Below the pieces are notes generated by a model. That model saw only the letters and a list, made by a program, of their open reading frames with translations, was not told the origin of the DNA and searched no databases. Shown piece after piece: positions 38,607 through 47,997 of a DNA stretch of 64,000 nt. The stretch comes from Candidatus Microgenomates bacterium (lineage in GTDB: Bacteria; Patescibacteriota; Microgenomatia; UBA8517), in assembly GCA_049523135.1 (NCBI GenBank), contig JBEKNE010000001.1, positions 651,234-715,233 on the forward strand, given 5' to 3'. Both the position numbers and the translations under genes were made by a program. Every line of letters starts with the position of its first letter. Position 1 is the first letter of the stretch.

Positions 38607-38681
38607 GCCTGGGTAGCTCAGTGGTAGAGCACGTACTTGGTAAGTACGGGGTCGTGAGTTCAATCCTCACCTCAGGCTCCA
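38607..38681 (+). tRNA. tRNA-Thr (anticodon GGT) with encoded CCA
   Basis: Manual fold: acceptor GCCTGGG/CTCAGGC (one G-U), anticodon stem CGTAC/GTACG, loop TTGGTAA, T-arm GTGAGTTCAATCCTCAC, 3' TCCA. Confidence 0.85.
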
Positions 38682-38686
38682 GAATT

Positions 38687-39280
38687 ATGGAACAACACGA
38701 AATACCGGTTTTTAGAAAATCCGAAAAGCATGTGGGCCCCTATATAAACGCTGTTCTTAATCCACCTATAGGAGAATTCAATAATATGCTTCGCCAAGCC
38801 AAACACTCCATCTTAGAAATTGGCTGTGGAGAAAAACCAAGACTTTCGTGGAAATTGAGTTCTGAAGATTTATGGGTAGGCTGCGATCCTCTCTTAGACA
38901 CCAACAGAGTGCAAATAAAGTCACCTATACATTCTAATAAAGTGATTCTATTCTCCGATATCGCAGCTGATATACCGAAGTTTACACCCGACGTCTTATT
39001 GGCAGTCGCGCCCAATCAAAAAAACATAGCTGAAAATAAAATATTTAATGATGAATTGGAGAATTTTCTGAATCCTCATAAACATCAATTTTTTATAGTG
39101 GCACTAGACACCCGGACAATTGAATCCAGAGGCTACCAGCAAGCCGCATTAACAAAAATTGATAATTGGATGAACGAACATCATTTTAAGAGAGATGATG
39201 AAAATCCGGTTTTAAACAAATTCAGTCCCAACTCGGATGATCTGGGAAATTTAAGCCACCTTATGTGTTTTGCCAGTTAG
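38687..39280 (+). CDS. hypothetical protein, possibly SAM-dependent methyltransferase-like. Start moved to MEQHEIP
   Basis: ILEIGCGEKP resembles methyltransferase motif I. 5' ORF extension overlaps tRNA and is rejected. Confidence 0.35.
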   Translation: MEQHEIPVFRKSEKHVGPYINAVLNPPIGEFNNMLRQAKHSILEIGCGEKPRLSWKLSSEDLWVGCDPLLDTNRVQIKSPIHSNKVILFSDIAADIPKFTPDVLLAVAPNQKNIAENKIFNDELENFLNPHKHQFFIVALDTRTIESRGYQQAALTKIDNWMNEHHFKRDDENPVLNKFSPNSDDLGNLSHLMCFAS

Positions 39281-39325
39281 CTCCGCTTGCCTCTTCACTA
39301 CGCTCCGTGATAAAATATCAGCCAT

Positions 39326-39517
39326 ATGGCAAAAAAAGGCGCAAGAGAAGCTGTTATGTTGGTTTGTTCCGTTTGTAAAAATCAAAATTACATTACTGAA
39401 AGGAACAAAGTTAACATGGAGCTTAAAAACAAAAAGGGCTCAAAATTGGAGATCAAGAAATACTGTAAATTCTGCAGGAAAGTCCAGCTCCATAAGGAAA
39501 CCAGCAAGCTTAAGTAA
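39326..39517 (+). CDS. rpmG: 50S ribosomal protein L33 (zinc-ribbon type)
   Basis: CSVCKNQNYIT...KYCKFCRKVQLHKETSK matches Cys4 L33. Precedes tRNA-Trp/secE/nusG as in canonical synteny. Confidence 0.85.
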   Translation: MAKKGAREAVMLVCSVCKNQNYITERNKVNMELKNKKGSKLEIKKYCKFCRKVQLHKETSKLK

Positions 39518-39646
39518 AAACTTCGAGCACGGGAGAACAAAAATAAATTACTTCAAAAACATCCTTGCAAGGATAAGTAATCTTCATGTTTTTGATTGCG
39601 TATCTTATTTCTGCTCCCCCAGGTCGCATTGTGCTCATACTAACAC

Positions 39647-39877
39647 CTAAACATTAATCTGATTACCGTGGATTTTCGCGTGATTAGGGAAATGTCCCGG
39701 TGCATGGTTGTGTTTCAACTCGTCCACCAACTTAACGGTACCGGCCTTTGTATAAAAACCTGATTTCCCATTTAGGGTATCCAGTACTATATCACCGGGC
39801 TGGGGACCACACGCAGGTCCATTTCCCACACCTAAAAACACAAAACTGCCGTCTTGTTTCAATGTCCAACTGGCCAT
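39647..39877 (-). CDS. hypothetical small protein
   Basis: ORF only (MASWTLKQDGSFVFLGVGNG...). Gly/His-rich. Confidence 0.25.
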   Translation of the reverse strand: MASWTLKQDGSFVFLGVGNGPACGPQPGDIVLDTLNGKSGFYTKAGTVKLVDELKHNHAPGHFPNHAKIHGNQINV

Positions 39878-39984
39878 ATTTGTACGCCTCCACAATGTTA
39901 ATTTGCGACCTATAGTGGACTATATCAAAAAATACGCTATTTTTCAACTTTGAGGCAATCTGGGGTATAATACAAAGGTAATTT

Positions 39985-40055
39985 AGGGGTGTCGGTCAGT
40001 GGTAGGCCGCGAGTCTCCAAAACTTGCAACGTAGGTTCGATTCCTACCACCCCTG
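39985..40055 (+). tRNA. tRNA-Trp (anticodon CCA)
   Basis: Manual fold: acceptor AGGGGTG/CACCCCT, anticodon loop CTCCAAA, T-arm GTAGGTTCGATTCCTAC. TATAAT box about 14 nt upstream. Confidence 0.8.
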
Positions 40056-40064
40056 CAGAGGCAC

Positions 40065-40325
40065 TTACTGACTAGCGTATTTATGAAGAACCGAGGACGC
40101 AAGAGTTTGATAAGGAATCCCCTCTTCAGCTGCTTTAGCTCTTAAACGTGCTATAACTCTTTCGGAAAGTCTAATGTTTATGTTTTTGGTCTTGTTCAGA
40201 GTATTCTTAGCGATTTTTTCATAAAGTTTTTTCGCTTTCTTAAAATCTGAAACTGAGACAAACGTCCCCTTTTCAAAATCTTTCAAAATAGTTCTTTCAT
40301 CTTTTGTTAATTCGTAATATTTCAT
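40065..40325 (-). CDS. brnA: BrnA-type antitoxin (ribbon-helix-helix, COG3514-like)
   Basis: C-terminal ...IRLSERVIARLRAKAAEEGIPYQTLASSVLHKYA typical of BrnA. Overlaps toxin gene by 4 nt. Confidence 0.65.
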   Translation of the reverse strand: MKYYELTKDERTILKDFEKGTFVSVSDFKKAKKLYEKIAKNTLNKTKNINIRLSERVIARLRAKAAEEGIPYQTLASSVLHKYASQ

Positions 40326-40609
40326 TTTTTTCCACCTCCTTTAACTATATATTTTTTAGTTGCCTTTCGGCTTGGAATAATCGTTTTCAAAAACACTTTC
40401 TCCTCATCTTCAACAAAAGGTACTAAATAAACATAGTTGTTAATGTTTAGCACAAACATTTTTTGATTAGGATATTTCTTCTGATTTGGATGCTTAACTA
40501 TATCCAAAAGTCCACCAGATTCTATCGCTATATAAACTTCTTCAAAAGAGATATCCCGTTCAGCCTTAAGCAACCTATTTTTCTCTTTATTCCAATCGTA
40601 ATACTTCAC
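40322..40609 (-). CDS. brnT: BrnT-type ribonuclease toxin (DUF497/COG2929-like)
   Basis: YDWNKEKNRLLKAERDISFEE N-terminus (F-x-WD-x-x-K-x-x-N-x-x-KHG-like pattern), about 95 aa, upstream of RHH antitoxin. Confidence 0.65.
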   Translation of the reverse strand: MKYYDWNKEKNRLLKAERDISFEEVYIAIESGGLLDIVKHPNQKKYPNQKMFVLNINNYVYLVPFVEDEEKVFLKTIIPSRKATKKYIVKGGGKK

Positions 40610-40756
40610 TAGTAGTGATGTTATGACAAATAATATGATTTGTCAATAGTTAAAGTAGGCCTTAAAAATTCATTAATTCGACTCATATCAAACGAACATA
40701 TATTGTTCCAAACTGTACGAAAATTGGATACTAAGGCCTGTCACATAGTTAAGCTG

Positions 40757-41767
40757 TTAAGTCTTAATGATAGGGTCCGCTCCATCCAAATATATCAAAA
40801 TCTTGCTTATACCCCTTAGATCTCTAAGCTTCTCCAGCGAATATGTAACATTATTACGAACCTTATTTTCCGGAATATCATATTTATCCCCGATCTCACT
40901 ATACTTCCAGTGCCTCCCGTCGACTATTCCAATTCTATAAAGAAGCTTATCAATCGAAGAAAGTGAAATAGTTTCGCAAAGGACATCTCTAAGGAAATCT
41001 TTCAACTCTTTCTCCTCCAAAATATCCAAAGCGTCTTTCCCAGGGCCTTCAATACAATCCTCCAATACTTCATCAGGATTATCATCTTTGTTCCTCGGTT
41101 CATTTAACGATTTCTGACGCTTATTCGCCTGAAATGCCGCCCTTAAAGTATTCAATTGGATTCTCGAAAGACCAAGCTTTTTTTCCACTTCCGGAATCTC
41201 TGGAGTACGGGCCAATTTCTGTGTCAAAAACTTTTCGGCTTTCTTATAGTCAATAATTCTTTTGAACGAAGCGGGGGGTATAACGATATGATTCGCATTG
41301 TGGATTGCATTAATCATTTCACGGACGATCCAATATTCTATGTATGTAGAGACGTTGCATCCTTCATCAAGGTCATATTGGGCTAGTCCCTTTATCATTC
41401 CAACTACACCTTCGTTTAATAAATCGACATTGGGTAAATCGCACTTATAAAAAAGGTTATTTTTTTTTGCCAGACTAAATACAAAAAGCAAATTGTGGTT
41501 CACTAGTTCATTGAAAGCCAGATGGGATTCTCTATTTGTAAATCCAATTTTTACCTGTTCCGTGTGGGGATTTATTATTTCAGCTCCGGAAAACATCACC
41601 CGTGCAAGCTCCTTTTGTTCTTCCGCAGGAAGAGCGGGATAATTTTCGGCCTCACGGATCCATTCCTTAACCCCCATTTTGACCAAAGTCGGTTCAGTTT
41701 CTTTCATAAACAGTGAATTATAATACGGGAGAGTCCTATTTCGCCAGTTCGTATCTTTCGGAGGCAA
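40757..41767 (-). CDS. RNA polymerase sigma factor, sigma-70 family (regions 1.2, 2, 3, 4 recognisable). Possibly the principal sigma
   Basis: Region 2.3/2.4 YIEYWIVREMINAI, region 4.2 HTH EIGDKYDIPENKVRNNVTYSLEKLR. Confidence 0.8.
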   Translation of the reverse strand: MPPKDTNWRNRTLPYYNSLFMKETEPTLVKMGVKEWIREAENYPALPAEEQKELARVMFSGAEIINPHTEQVKIGFTNRESHLAFNELVNHNLLFVFSLAKKNNLFYKCDLPNVDLLNEGVVGMIKGLAQYDLDEGCNVSTYIEYWIVREMINAIHNANHIVIPPASFKRIIDYKKAEKFLTQKLARTPEIPEVEKKLGLSRIQLNTLRAAFQANKRQKSLNEPRNKDDNPDEVLEDCIEGPGKDALDILEEKELKDFLRDVLCETISLSSIDKLLYRIGIVDGRHWKYSEIGDKYDIPENKVRNNVTYSLEKLRDLRGISKILIYLDGADPIIKT

Positions 41768-42722
41768 GAGAAATAATTTTACTGATCAGATCTTTATAAC
41801 TCATTCCCGCAACCATTGCCGCACGGGGAAAATAGGAAATCTGATTCATATCAGGATTAATCCCCGGAAGTGTATTTATTTCGATAAAATAAAGAGTCCC
41901 ATCATTACTCAGCCGATAATCAATTCTGGCACAATCTCTGACATCCAAAAGTTTATAAATCTTTTTGGAAACATCCTCTATTTTATCCTTAAGTTTTTCA
42001 TCTATTTTTGCAGGGCAATCATAAGCAGTTTTTAGATCCTTTAACTTGTCTTCATAAAGCCACTTCAGTTCATAACCGGCAATTTTGTTCATTCCAGCAG
42101 GTAGAAAATCGAATTTTTGCTCTATAATTGGAAGAACCTGAATTTCCTTATTCCCAAGCACGCCAACAGTAAACTCACGTCCGTCGATATACTCCTCTAC
42201 CAAGACTTCTGTATCAAGCGCCTCTCTTAGCTCCTTAATCTTTTTGTCCAACTCTTCCTTGTTCCTGACGACACTATTATCCATTATCCCTTTACTTGAA
42301 CCTTCCTTATTCGGCTTCACAATTAATGGGAACGTGATTGAACCGGGAACATCCACTATTTCCGCCCCTTTTATAATTAACTTTGTAAACTCCTTATCAA
42401 GTTTTATTGCATTTGTGGTAGGACCCGAGTGAGTATAAGGAATTCCCAAAACTTCACAGAAAAGAGGAATTTGGCTTTCCCTTGCATCCCCCGTTAATCC
42501 TTCAGCAATATTAAAAACAAGGTCAATTTTCCCTTTCAAAGATTGAAGTGTATCGAAAGCATTTTCATTCGCTTCAACCAGTACCACCTCGTGTCCCAAA
42601 GACTCCAGGGTTTCTTTAATCTGATTGATTGTTTCGGGAGCATCGAACTCCGTATCTTTCTGCTTACTCGGATCCAAAGAAGGATCACTCCTTTTAACAT
42701 TGAAGGTAAAGGCAATTTTCAT
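41736..42722 (-). CDS. D-alanine--D-alanine ligase-family ATP-grasp enzyme (paralog 1)
   Basis: EVLGIPYTHSGP, LIVKPNKEGSSKGI, EEYIDGREFTVGVLG, FIEINTLPG. Ddl-like ATP-grasp motif set. Confidence 0.75.
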   Translation of the reverse strand: MKIAFTFNVKRSDPSLDPSKQKDTEFDAPETINQIKETLESLGHEVVLVEANENAFDTLQSLKGKIDLVFNIAEGLTGDARESQIPLFCEVLGIPYTHSGPTTNAIKLDKEFTKLIIKGAEIVDVPGSITFPLIVKPNKEGSSKGIMDNSVVRNKEELDKKIKELREALDTEVLVEEYIDGREFTVGVLGNKEIQVLPIIEQKFDFLPAGMNKIAGYELKWLYEDKLKDLKTAYDCPAKIDEKLKDKIEDVSKKIYKLLDVRDCARIDYRLSNDGTLYFIEINTLPGINPDMNQISYFPRAAMVAGMSYKDLISKIISLASERYELAK

Positions 42723-42820
42723 CTATGTAGTGTGGTGTGGAAAAAGGGATTGCGATTTTGAGGAGAAAATTACCATTATGAGTTAGATTATATACCCCTC
42801 CGAAAATTTGTTAACAAGTA

Positions 42821-43501
42821 CTATTTCCTGATCATCCCCAACTTCTTAGGCCAGGTTTCGCTTTTCGGAGTTATGACAAACATTACCCGGTTATCTATGA
42901 GGCTTCTACCGCCAATAATATTCTCATCCCACCATCTTTTCTCAAAAAGCCTGATGGGAAATCTCCTGTCCACCCCGTTGTAGCGGAATATGCCATTGAA
43001 ATACGGATCCGCGATTCTTACATAGCCTGTCTTTTTATCTACACCCGTGACCACTCCGTAATGCCCGCTGTCCCCATCTTCGTTTTCATAGAAAACTCCC
43101 TGCCACTCAACCCCAACGGGAGATTTAAACGTATGCACCGCTCTCCAAAGGTCATGGATGGTAGCGTCGCGCTTTTCCCAAAAATAATATTCTTTCTTTC
43201 CCAAAAATGAGGTTGCACGGGTCAAGTCTTTGACATTTAGACCGTATTCTCTGACTTTGGTTTGTGCCCTGAGCGATTTAATCATACTTTTCTGGCTTAC
43301 CTTAACGCCAAAGAAAGAAAAAAGCATTTCTTCTACAGCCGGACCGCAGGCATAGATTGAAACTTGTTTTACCCTACGCATTTCAGGGAAGGGCTTGCCG
43401 AAGAGCTTATCCGCAAGTTCCCATAAACGTTTCAGAAATCTTCTCGCAATCGGGTTTTTTTCAAGTTCCATAATTTGCCCAATTATACGGGCGGAAGCCA
43501 A
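42821..43501 (-). CDS. papain-fold cysteine peptidase-like protein (C39/BtrH_N-like)
   Basis: Candidate catalytic Cys in SIYACGPAVEEMLFSFFG and His in DSGHYGVVTGVD, ordering as in C39-like peptidases. Flanked by two ATP-grasp genes. Confidence 0.45.
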   Translation of the reverse strand: MASARIIGQIMELEKNPIARRFLKRLWELADKLFGKPFPEMRRVKQVSIYACGPAVEEMLFSFFGVKVSQKSMIKSLRAQTKVREYGLNVKDLTRATSFLGKKEYYFWEKRDATIHDLWRAVHTFKSPVGVEWQGVFYENEDGDSGHYGVVTGVDKKTGYVRIADPYFNGIFRYNGVDRRFPIRLFEKRWWDENIIGGRSLIDNRVMFVITPKSETWPKKLGMIRK

Positions 43502-43507
43502 GTTTGT

Positions 43508-44620
43508 CTACTGCAATCCTTTGGTGTACTTGGAAAGGAGGCTGGAGACTATCTCCGGAAACTCAACTCCGTACATTGCCATTACCTCCGTCATGGGAAG
43601 TCCCATATCCGGACCAAAGGCTGTATTGGGGTTGCTGTCGGTAAAGTACGGGGTCGTTGTTTCTTCATCTACCCTAATGTCAAACTTTGCGTAATCGTTA
43701 TGCTGAAGTCCGCCAAAAGCTCTTACGGCAAGCTTGGTAATCTCATAGCGGAGATCATCCTTAACGGGAATATATTTATAAGCCTTAGAATCGTCATAAG
43801 ACTCAAAACTTGTAAAGAAATATTTACCGTCAGCCTTTTTTCTAAAGACCTTTTGTCCCATAAATACGTGCCTTTTGCTTCCGTCGTCAAAGACCACAAC
43901 CGTAATTTCAGGCCCGCCTATAAACTTCTCAACAACAACCGGAACGTGGTATGTTGAAATCATTTTATTGGACCGAAGCATTGCGGCTCTGAAGGTCTCT
44001 TTAACAGCATGATTATTTATTCCGACGCTTCCCCCACCCTCGTTAAGTTTAACGATAAGAGGAAGCCCCAAGTCTTCATCAATTGTCGTTCCGGCACGTC
44101 TGATAAATTGGAACGGAGGAGTCGGAATGTCATAGGCCATAAGAAGTCTCTTGGTTAAATTTCTGTTATTGCCAATGATAAGACCTTCCATTCCGGCTCC
44201 GGTATAAGGAATTCCGGCCAGTTCCAGTGCCGCCGGAACCGAAGGCTGGAGTTGATCGCGGCCTTTTAAGGTATCCACCAAATTAACAACCAGGTCGGGT
44301 TTATCAACAAGCAAATTCGTATAAAAATACTGATCTCCTGGAAGAGTCCTAACCTGAATTCCAAGTTTTCGAATTTCTTCCGAAACCTCAACCGCTCTCT
44401 CCTCTACTTCAACTTCCGCCTCATAAGCGGACTGGGTGGCAAAGTGCTCCCTCTGGACACTGCTGTAAGCAACTACCACCAACCTAAACTTTTTTAAACC
44501 GTCCTTATCAACAGCTAATTTAATTTTTCCTTTGGGGGATGTTTTTTTTACCAGGGCTTCATCTTCGCTTTTTGAAGTGGGCATATACTCATAGTACCAA
44601 ATAATCCTTCTCTGATACAA
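43508..44620 (-). CDS. D-alanine--D-alanine ligase-family ATP-grasp enzyme (paralog 2, N-terminally extended). True start may be Met at 44584
   Basis: ELAGIPYTGAG, LIVKLNEGGGSVGI, EKFIGGPEITVVVF, ATP-grasp C-domain. Confidence 0.75.
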   Translation of the reverse strand: MYQRRIIWYYEYMPTSKSEDEALVKKTSPKGKIKLAVDKDGLKKFRLVVVAYSSVQREHFATQSAYEAEVEVEERAVEVSEEIRKLGIQVRTLPGDQYFYTNLLVDKPDLVVNLVDTLKGRDQLQPSVPAALELAGIPYTGAGMEGLIIGNNRNLTKRLLMAYDIPTPPFQFIRRAGTTIDEDLGLPLIVKLNEGGGSVGINNHAVKETFRAAMLRSNKMISTYHVPVVVEKFIGGPEITVVVFDDGSKRHVFMGQKVFRKKADGKYFFTSFESYDDSKAYKYIPVKDDLRYEITKLAVRAFGGLQHNDYAKFDIRVDEETTTPYFTDSNPNTAFGPDMGLPMTEVMAMYGVEFPEIVSSLLSKYTKGLQ

Positions 44621-44629
44621 TACGCTTAA

Positions 44630-45283
44630 ATGACTAATTCAAAAATTGGAATGCTTTTGGTTATAACCGGCGCTTCCGGAACCGGAAAAGATTCTGTTGC
44701 AAATGAGATCCTGAAACATCCTGCTCTTGCAGAATTAAATTTAAAAAGGTTGATTACCTGTGCCGACAGGCCACCTCGCCCGGGAGAAACCGAAGGAGTC
44801 GATTATTATTTTGTGACACCAAAGGAGCTTGATGAAATGTATAAAAAGGAACAGCTAGTGGAAAAACCCCAAACCACAGGAACATCAAGAAAAGGAACTC
44901 CAAGAAAAGAATTTACCGCAATTTTGAAAGGAGAAAAAAGACTTTGGAGAATTGATCCATTCCTGGCATCAAAGGTCGCCACTGGGATTTTTTTTGAAGA
45001 GCAATTTGAAGGTAGAGAGAAAGAAGATCTCAAATCACTAACTACAGTTGTATGTGTTGCCTCCCCCAAAGAACAAATCGAGGGTAGACGGAAATTGCGC
45101 GACAGGGAAAAATATAACACAAAAGAATACAAATTAAGGGATCTTCAGGAAAAACCAAATCTGGATGTTTTACAAAAAGAGAGTTTACTTGTGCAAAATC
45201 TCAATGGACAACTGGGGGAAACTGTAAAAGAGGTTGCAAACATAATACTTAAAAATTATGCCAAAGGTAAAGAAAGAGGCTAA
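44630..45283 (+). CDS. gmk: guanylate kinase
   Basis: P-loop ITGASGTGKDS, CADRPPRPGETEGVDYYFV (TTRxPRxGExDGxDYxFV) motif. Confidence 0.8.
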   Translation: MTNSKIGMLLVITGASGTGKDSVANEILKHPALAELNLKRLITCADRPPRPGETEGVDYYFVTPKELDEMYKKEQLVEKPQTTGTSRKGTPRKEFTAILKGEKRLWRIDPFLASKVATGIFFEEQFEGREKEDLKSLTTVVCVASPKEQIEGRRKLRDREKYNTKEYKLRDLQEKPNLDVLQKESLLVQNLNGQLGETVKEVANIILKNYAKGKERG

Positions 45284-45692
45284 AGTTTTGGTCGGTGGAT
45301 GTTTTGATATCCTCCACTTCGGCCATATCAGTTTTTTAAAAAAGGCCAAGTCTTTAGGAAACTATCTGGTGGTTGCTTTGGAATCAGACAAAAATGTTAA
45401 AAGGCTCAAAGGAACCGATCGTCCGATTCATTCCCAATCCCAAAGACATGAGATACTTATATCTCTAGAATTTGTAGATGAAGTAATAAATCTGCCTGAC
45501 AATATGAGTGATACAGATTATTTGGAGCTGGTTAAAAACATCAGACCGGCTATTATCGCGGTAACTCAAGGAGATCCAATTCTTGCCAAGAAACAAAAAC
45601 AGGCAAAAGCGGTCAGAGCCAAAGTTGTCGAAATTGCAAATATAAAAGTTCCTTCAACCTCCAAAATTGCAAAACTCCTAAAGCTGGAATAA
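45258..45692 (+). CDS. cytidylyltransferase-like nucleotidyltransferase (HldE domain II / TagD family)
   Basis: GGCFDILHFGHISFL (H-x-G-H), SDKNVKRLKGTDRPI, C-terminal ISTS-like motif. Confidence 0.65.
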   Translation: MPKVKKEAKVLVGGCFDILHFGHISFLKKAKSLGNYLVVALESDKNVKRLKGTDRPIHSQSQRHEILISLEFVDEVINLPDNMSDTDYLELVKNIRPAIIAVTQGDPILAKKQKQAKAVRAKVVEIANIKVPSTSKIAKLLKLE

Positions 45693-45757
45693 ACAAATAA
45701 TTAAGAAGCTTCCCGCTTGCGGTTTTTCCGAATCTGATATAATCTTGATTATTCAAT

Positions 45758-46768
45758 ATGGCGGATCAAAAGACAGCTTTAATCTACGGAGTTTCCTCGC
45801 AGGACGGTTCCTACATGGCCGATCTTCTTCTCGAAAAAGGCTATAAAGTTGTAGGAACAATCAGAAGAAGCACCACCAACCGAAAGGAAAATATAGATCA
45901 TCTTCTTGGAAAAATTAAAATTGAACTGGCCGACCTAACCGACTACGAATCTATTAGCCGTGCCATAAGAACCCATAAACCCGATGAAATTTATAACTTT
46001 GCCGCTCAGTCGGTTCCGGCTGACAGCTGGGCACAACCCTTTTATACGGGAGAAGTAACAGGAATGGGAGTTGTCAGAATTCTGGAGTCAATTAAAAATA
46101 TCTCCCCTTCCTCTAAATTTTATCAGGCTTCAAGCCGGGAAATTTTCGGAAACATCGCAAAAATAAAGGCGAATGAAAATACTCCAATTGACCCAAATAA
46201 TCCTTACGGAATCGCAAAGGCTTATGCACACTTGATGGTTAGGTGTTACCGCGAGTCTTACGGAATGTTTGCCGTTGGCGGAATTCTTTTCAATCACGAA
46301 AGTCCGAGGAGAGGCCTCCATTTTGTCTCAAGAAAAGTTACCGCAGCTGTTGCTTGCATCAAAAACCATGCCAAAAATATTCCGCTTGATGAACTGGGGG
46401 AACCTCTGGTTGACGCCGAGGGAAAAGTCCACATGGGAAACCTTGATGCCAAACGCGACTGGGGATATGCCAAAGAATATATGGAAGCAGTCTGGAAAAT
46501 ATTGCAACAGGACAAACCTGAAGATTATGTTATTGCAACCGATACTTCTTATTCAATTAAAGATCTTTGCAAAATTGCTTTCGAACACGTAGGTCTAAAT
46601 TGGGAAGACTATATAGTAAGCGATAAAAAGTTCTTCAGACCTACAGAGATTAAGGAATCAACGGGCGACTTCTCAAAAGCAAAAAGAAATCTTGGTTGGG
46701 AGCCAAAAACAGATTTTAAAACTTTGATCGAAATGATGGTTGACGCCGACTTGAAAAAATTTAAATAA
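45758..46768 (+). CDS. gmd: GDP-mannose 4,6-dehydratase
   Basis: N-terminal Rossmann GVSSQDGSYMADLLLEKGYKV, SDR catalytic YxxxK, GMD-specific N-H-E-S-P-R-R motif (FNHESPRRG). Confidence 0.9.
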   Translation: MADQKTALIYGVSSQDGSYMADLLLEKGYKVVGTIRRSTTNRKENIDHLLGKIKIELADLTDYESISRAIRTHKPDEIYNFAAQSVPADSWAQPFYTGEVTGMGVVRILESIKNISPSSKFYQASSREIFGNIAKIKANENTPIDPNNPYGIAKAYAHLMVRCYRESYGMFAVGGILFNHESPRRGLHFVSRKVTAAVACIKNHAKNIPLDELGEPLVDAEGKVHMGNLDAKRDWGYAKEYMEAVWKILQQDKPEDYVIATDTSYSIKDLCKIAFEHVGLNWEDYIVSDKKFFRPTEIKESTGDFSKAKRNLGWEPKTDFKTLIEMMVDADLKKFK

Positions 46769-46778
46769 TCCCCAGTCA

Positions 46779-47726
46779 ATGCAAAAAGTCTTAATTACAG
46801 GGGTAGCAGGCTTCGTAGGACACTACCTTACAGAAAGTTTACTTGAGGATTATCGAGTAACAGGAACCGATAAAGCTCCCCTTTCTCCTAATTCCAAAAT
46901 AGATTACTTTCCGGGTGATATTCTGGACAGAAAATTTTTAGGTGATTTAATCTCCAAGCAAAAGCCCGAAGTAATTTTTCACCTCGCCGCCAAAAGCCAA
47001 ACATGGAGTCGGAATGTTGAAGAAGTCTTCAAGATAAACATGCTTGGAACGATTAATCTTTACGAAAGCATCCTCGAAGCAAGGGAAAATTCCGATTATA
47101 ACCCCAAAATAATTTTTATAAGTTCATCGGAAGTCTACGGAAACACAACCGACCCTAAAAACATTACCGAGGATTCCCCTCTTTTCCCGATCAAATTTTA
47201 TTCGGCAAGCAAAGTTGCCGCAGACAGACTCAGTTACAGCTACAGCCAAAATGAAAAATTAAATATTCTCATTCTAAGACCTTTTACTCACACGGGTCCG
47301 GGGCAGCAAAAGGGATTTTTTGTTCCCGACATTTGTTCCCAAATAGCAGAAGTCGAAAAAGGTGATAAAAACGAATTGCTTGTAGGAAATCTCGATTCCG
47401 TACGGGATTATCTTGATGTGCGGGATGTGGTAGCCGGATATAAAACAATAATAAATAAAGATTGGGTTCCCGGGGAAAGCTTTAATATCTGCTCAGGACA
47501 CGGCATAAAAATCCGGGCAATGCTTGAAATTCTGCTTAAGCTTTCAGATAAAAAATTTGTGACAAAAGAGGATCCGTCAAAAATCAGAGAATCGGATGCC
47601 CCGGTCTACATCGGAAACAATAGAAAATTCCGTGAAGCAACCGACTGGAAACCTCAAATTTCGATTGAAAAAACCCTCAAAGACACGCTTAACTACTGGA
47701 GAAATTTACCCCCTAGTAAAAAATAA
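46779..47726 (+). CDS. NAD-dependent epimerase/dehydratase (extended SDR). Likely GDP-4-keto-6-deoxyhexose reductase or epimerase partnering gmd
   Basis: ITGVAGFVGHYL Rossmann motif, YSASK (YxxxK). Directly downstream of gmd. Confidence 0.7.
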   Translation: MQKVLITGVAGFVGHYLTESLLEDYRVTGTDKAPLSPNSKIDYFPGDILDRKFLGDLISKQKPEVIFHLAAKSQTWSRNVEEVFKINMLGTINLYESILEARENSDYNPKIIFISSSEVYGNTTDPKNITEDSPLFPIKFYSASKVAADRLSYSYSQNEKLNILILRPFTHTGPGQQKGFFVPDICSQIAEVEKGDKNELLVGNLDSVRDYLDVRDVVAGYKTIINKDWVPGESFNICSGHGIKIRAMLEILLKLSDKKFVTKEDPSKIRESDAPVYIGNNRKFREATDWKPQISIEKTLKDTLNYWRNLPPSKK

Positions 47727-47802
47727 CAATTCAATTATTGGAACTAATCTGTTAAAATAGCGTTGCTGAAGAAAAAACTGAAAGGAGGCGATTTTATATA
47801 AT

Positions 47803-47997
47803 ATGTTCATATTAAAAAAGAAAAAGGGTGAAAGCGATGATAAGCTTATTGCCCGTTTTCGCAAAAAAACCATTGTTGAAGGTGTTATGCAGGAATACCG
47901 CGACCGCGAACGCTATAAAAAGCCTTCCGAAAAAAGGAAAGAGGATAAATACCGCATCGCCCACTCTATCGAGCTTGAGAAGAAGAGGAATTATTAA
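47803..47997 (+). CDS. rpsU: 30S ribosomal protein S21
   Basis: 64 aa basic protein. LIARFRKKTIVEGVMQEYRDRERYKKPSEKRK matches S21 core. AAAGGAGG RBS upstream. Confidence 0.7.
   Translation: MFILKKKKGESDDKLIARFRKKTIVEGVMQEYRDRERYKKPSEKRKEDKYRIAHSIELEKKRNY

Noticed and set aside
38621-38686. 5' extension of ORF 38621-39280
   Set aside because: Overlaps tRNA-Thr(GGT). Start moved to ATG at 38687.
41736-44620. Microviridin/graspetide-type RiPP cluster interpretation of the two ATP-grasp ligases plus peptidase
   Set aside because: The ligases are Ddl-like, not the RimK-like MdnB/MdnC type. No precursor peptide ORF with a conserved leader/core was seen in the 98-bp and 6-bp spacers. Left as a generic amidoligase-peptidase system.
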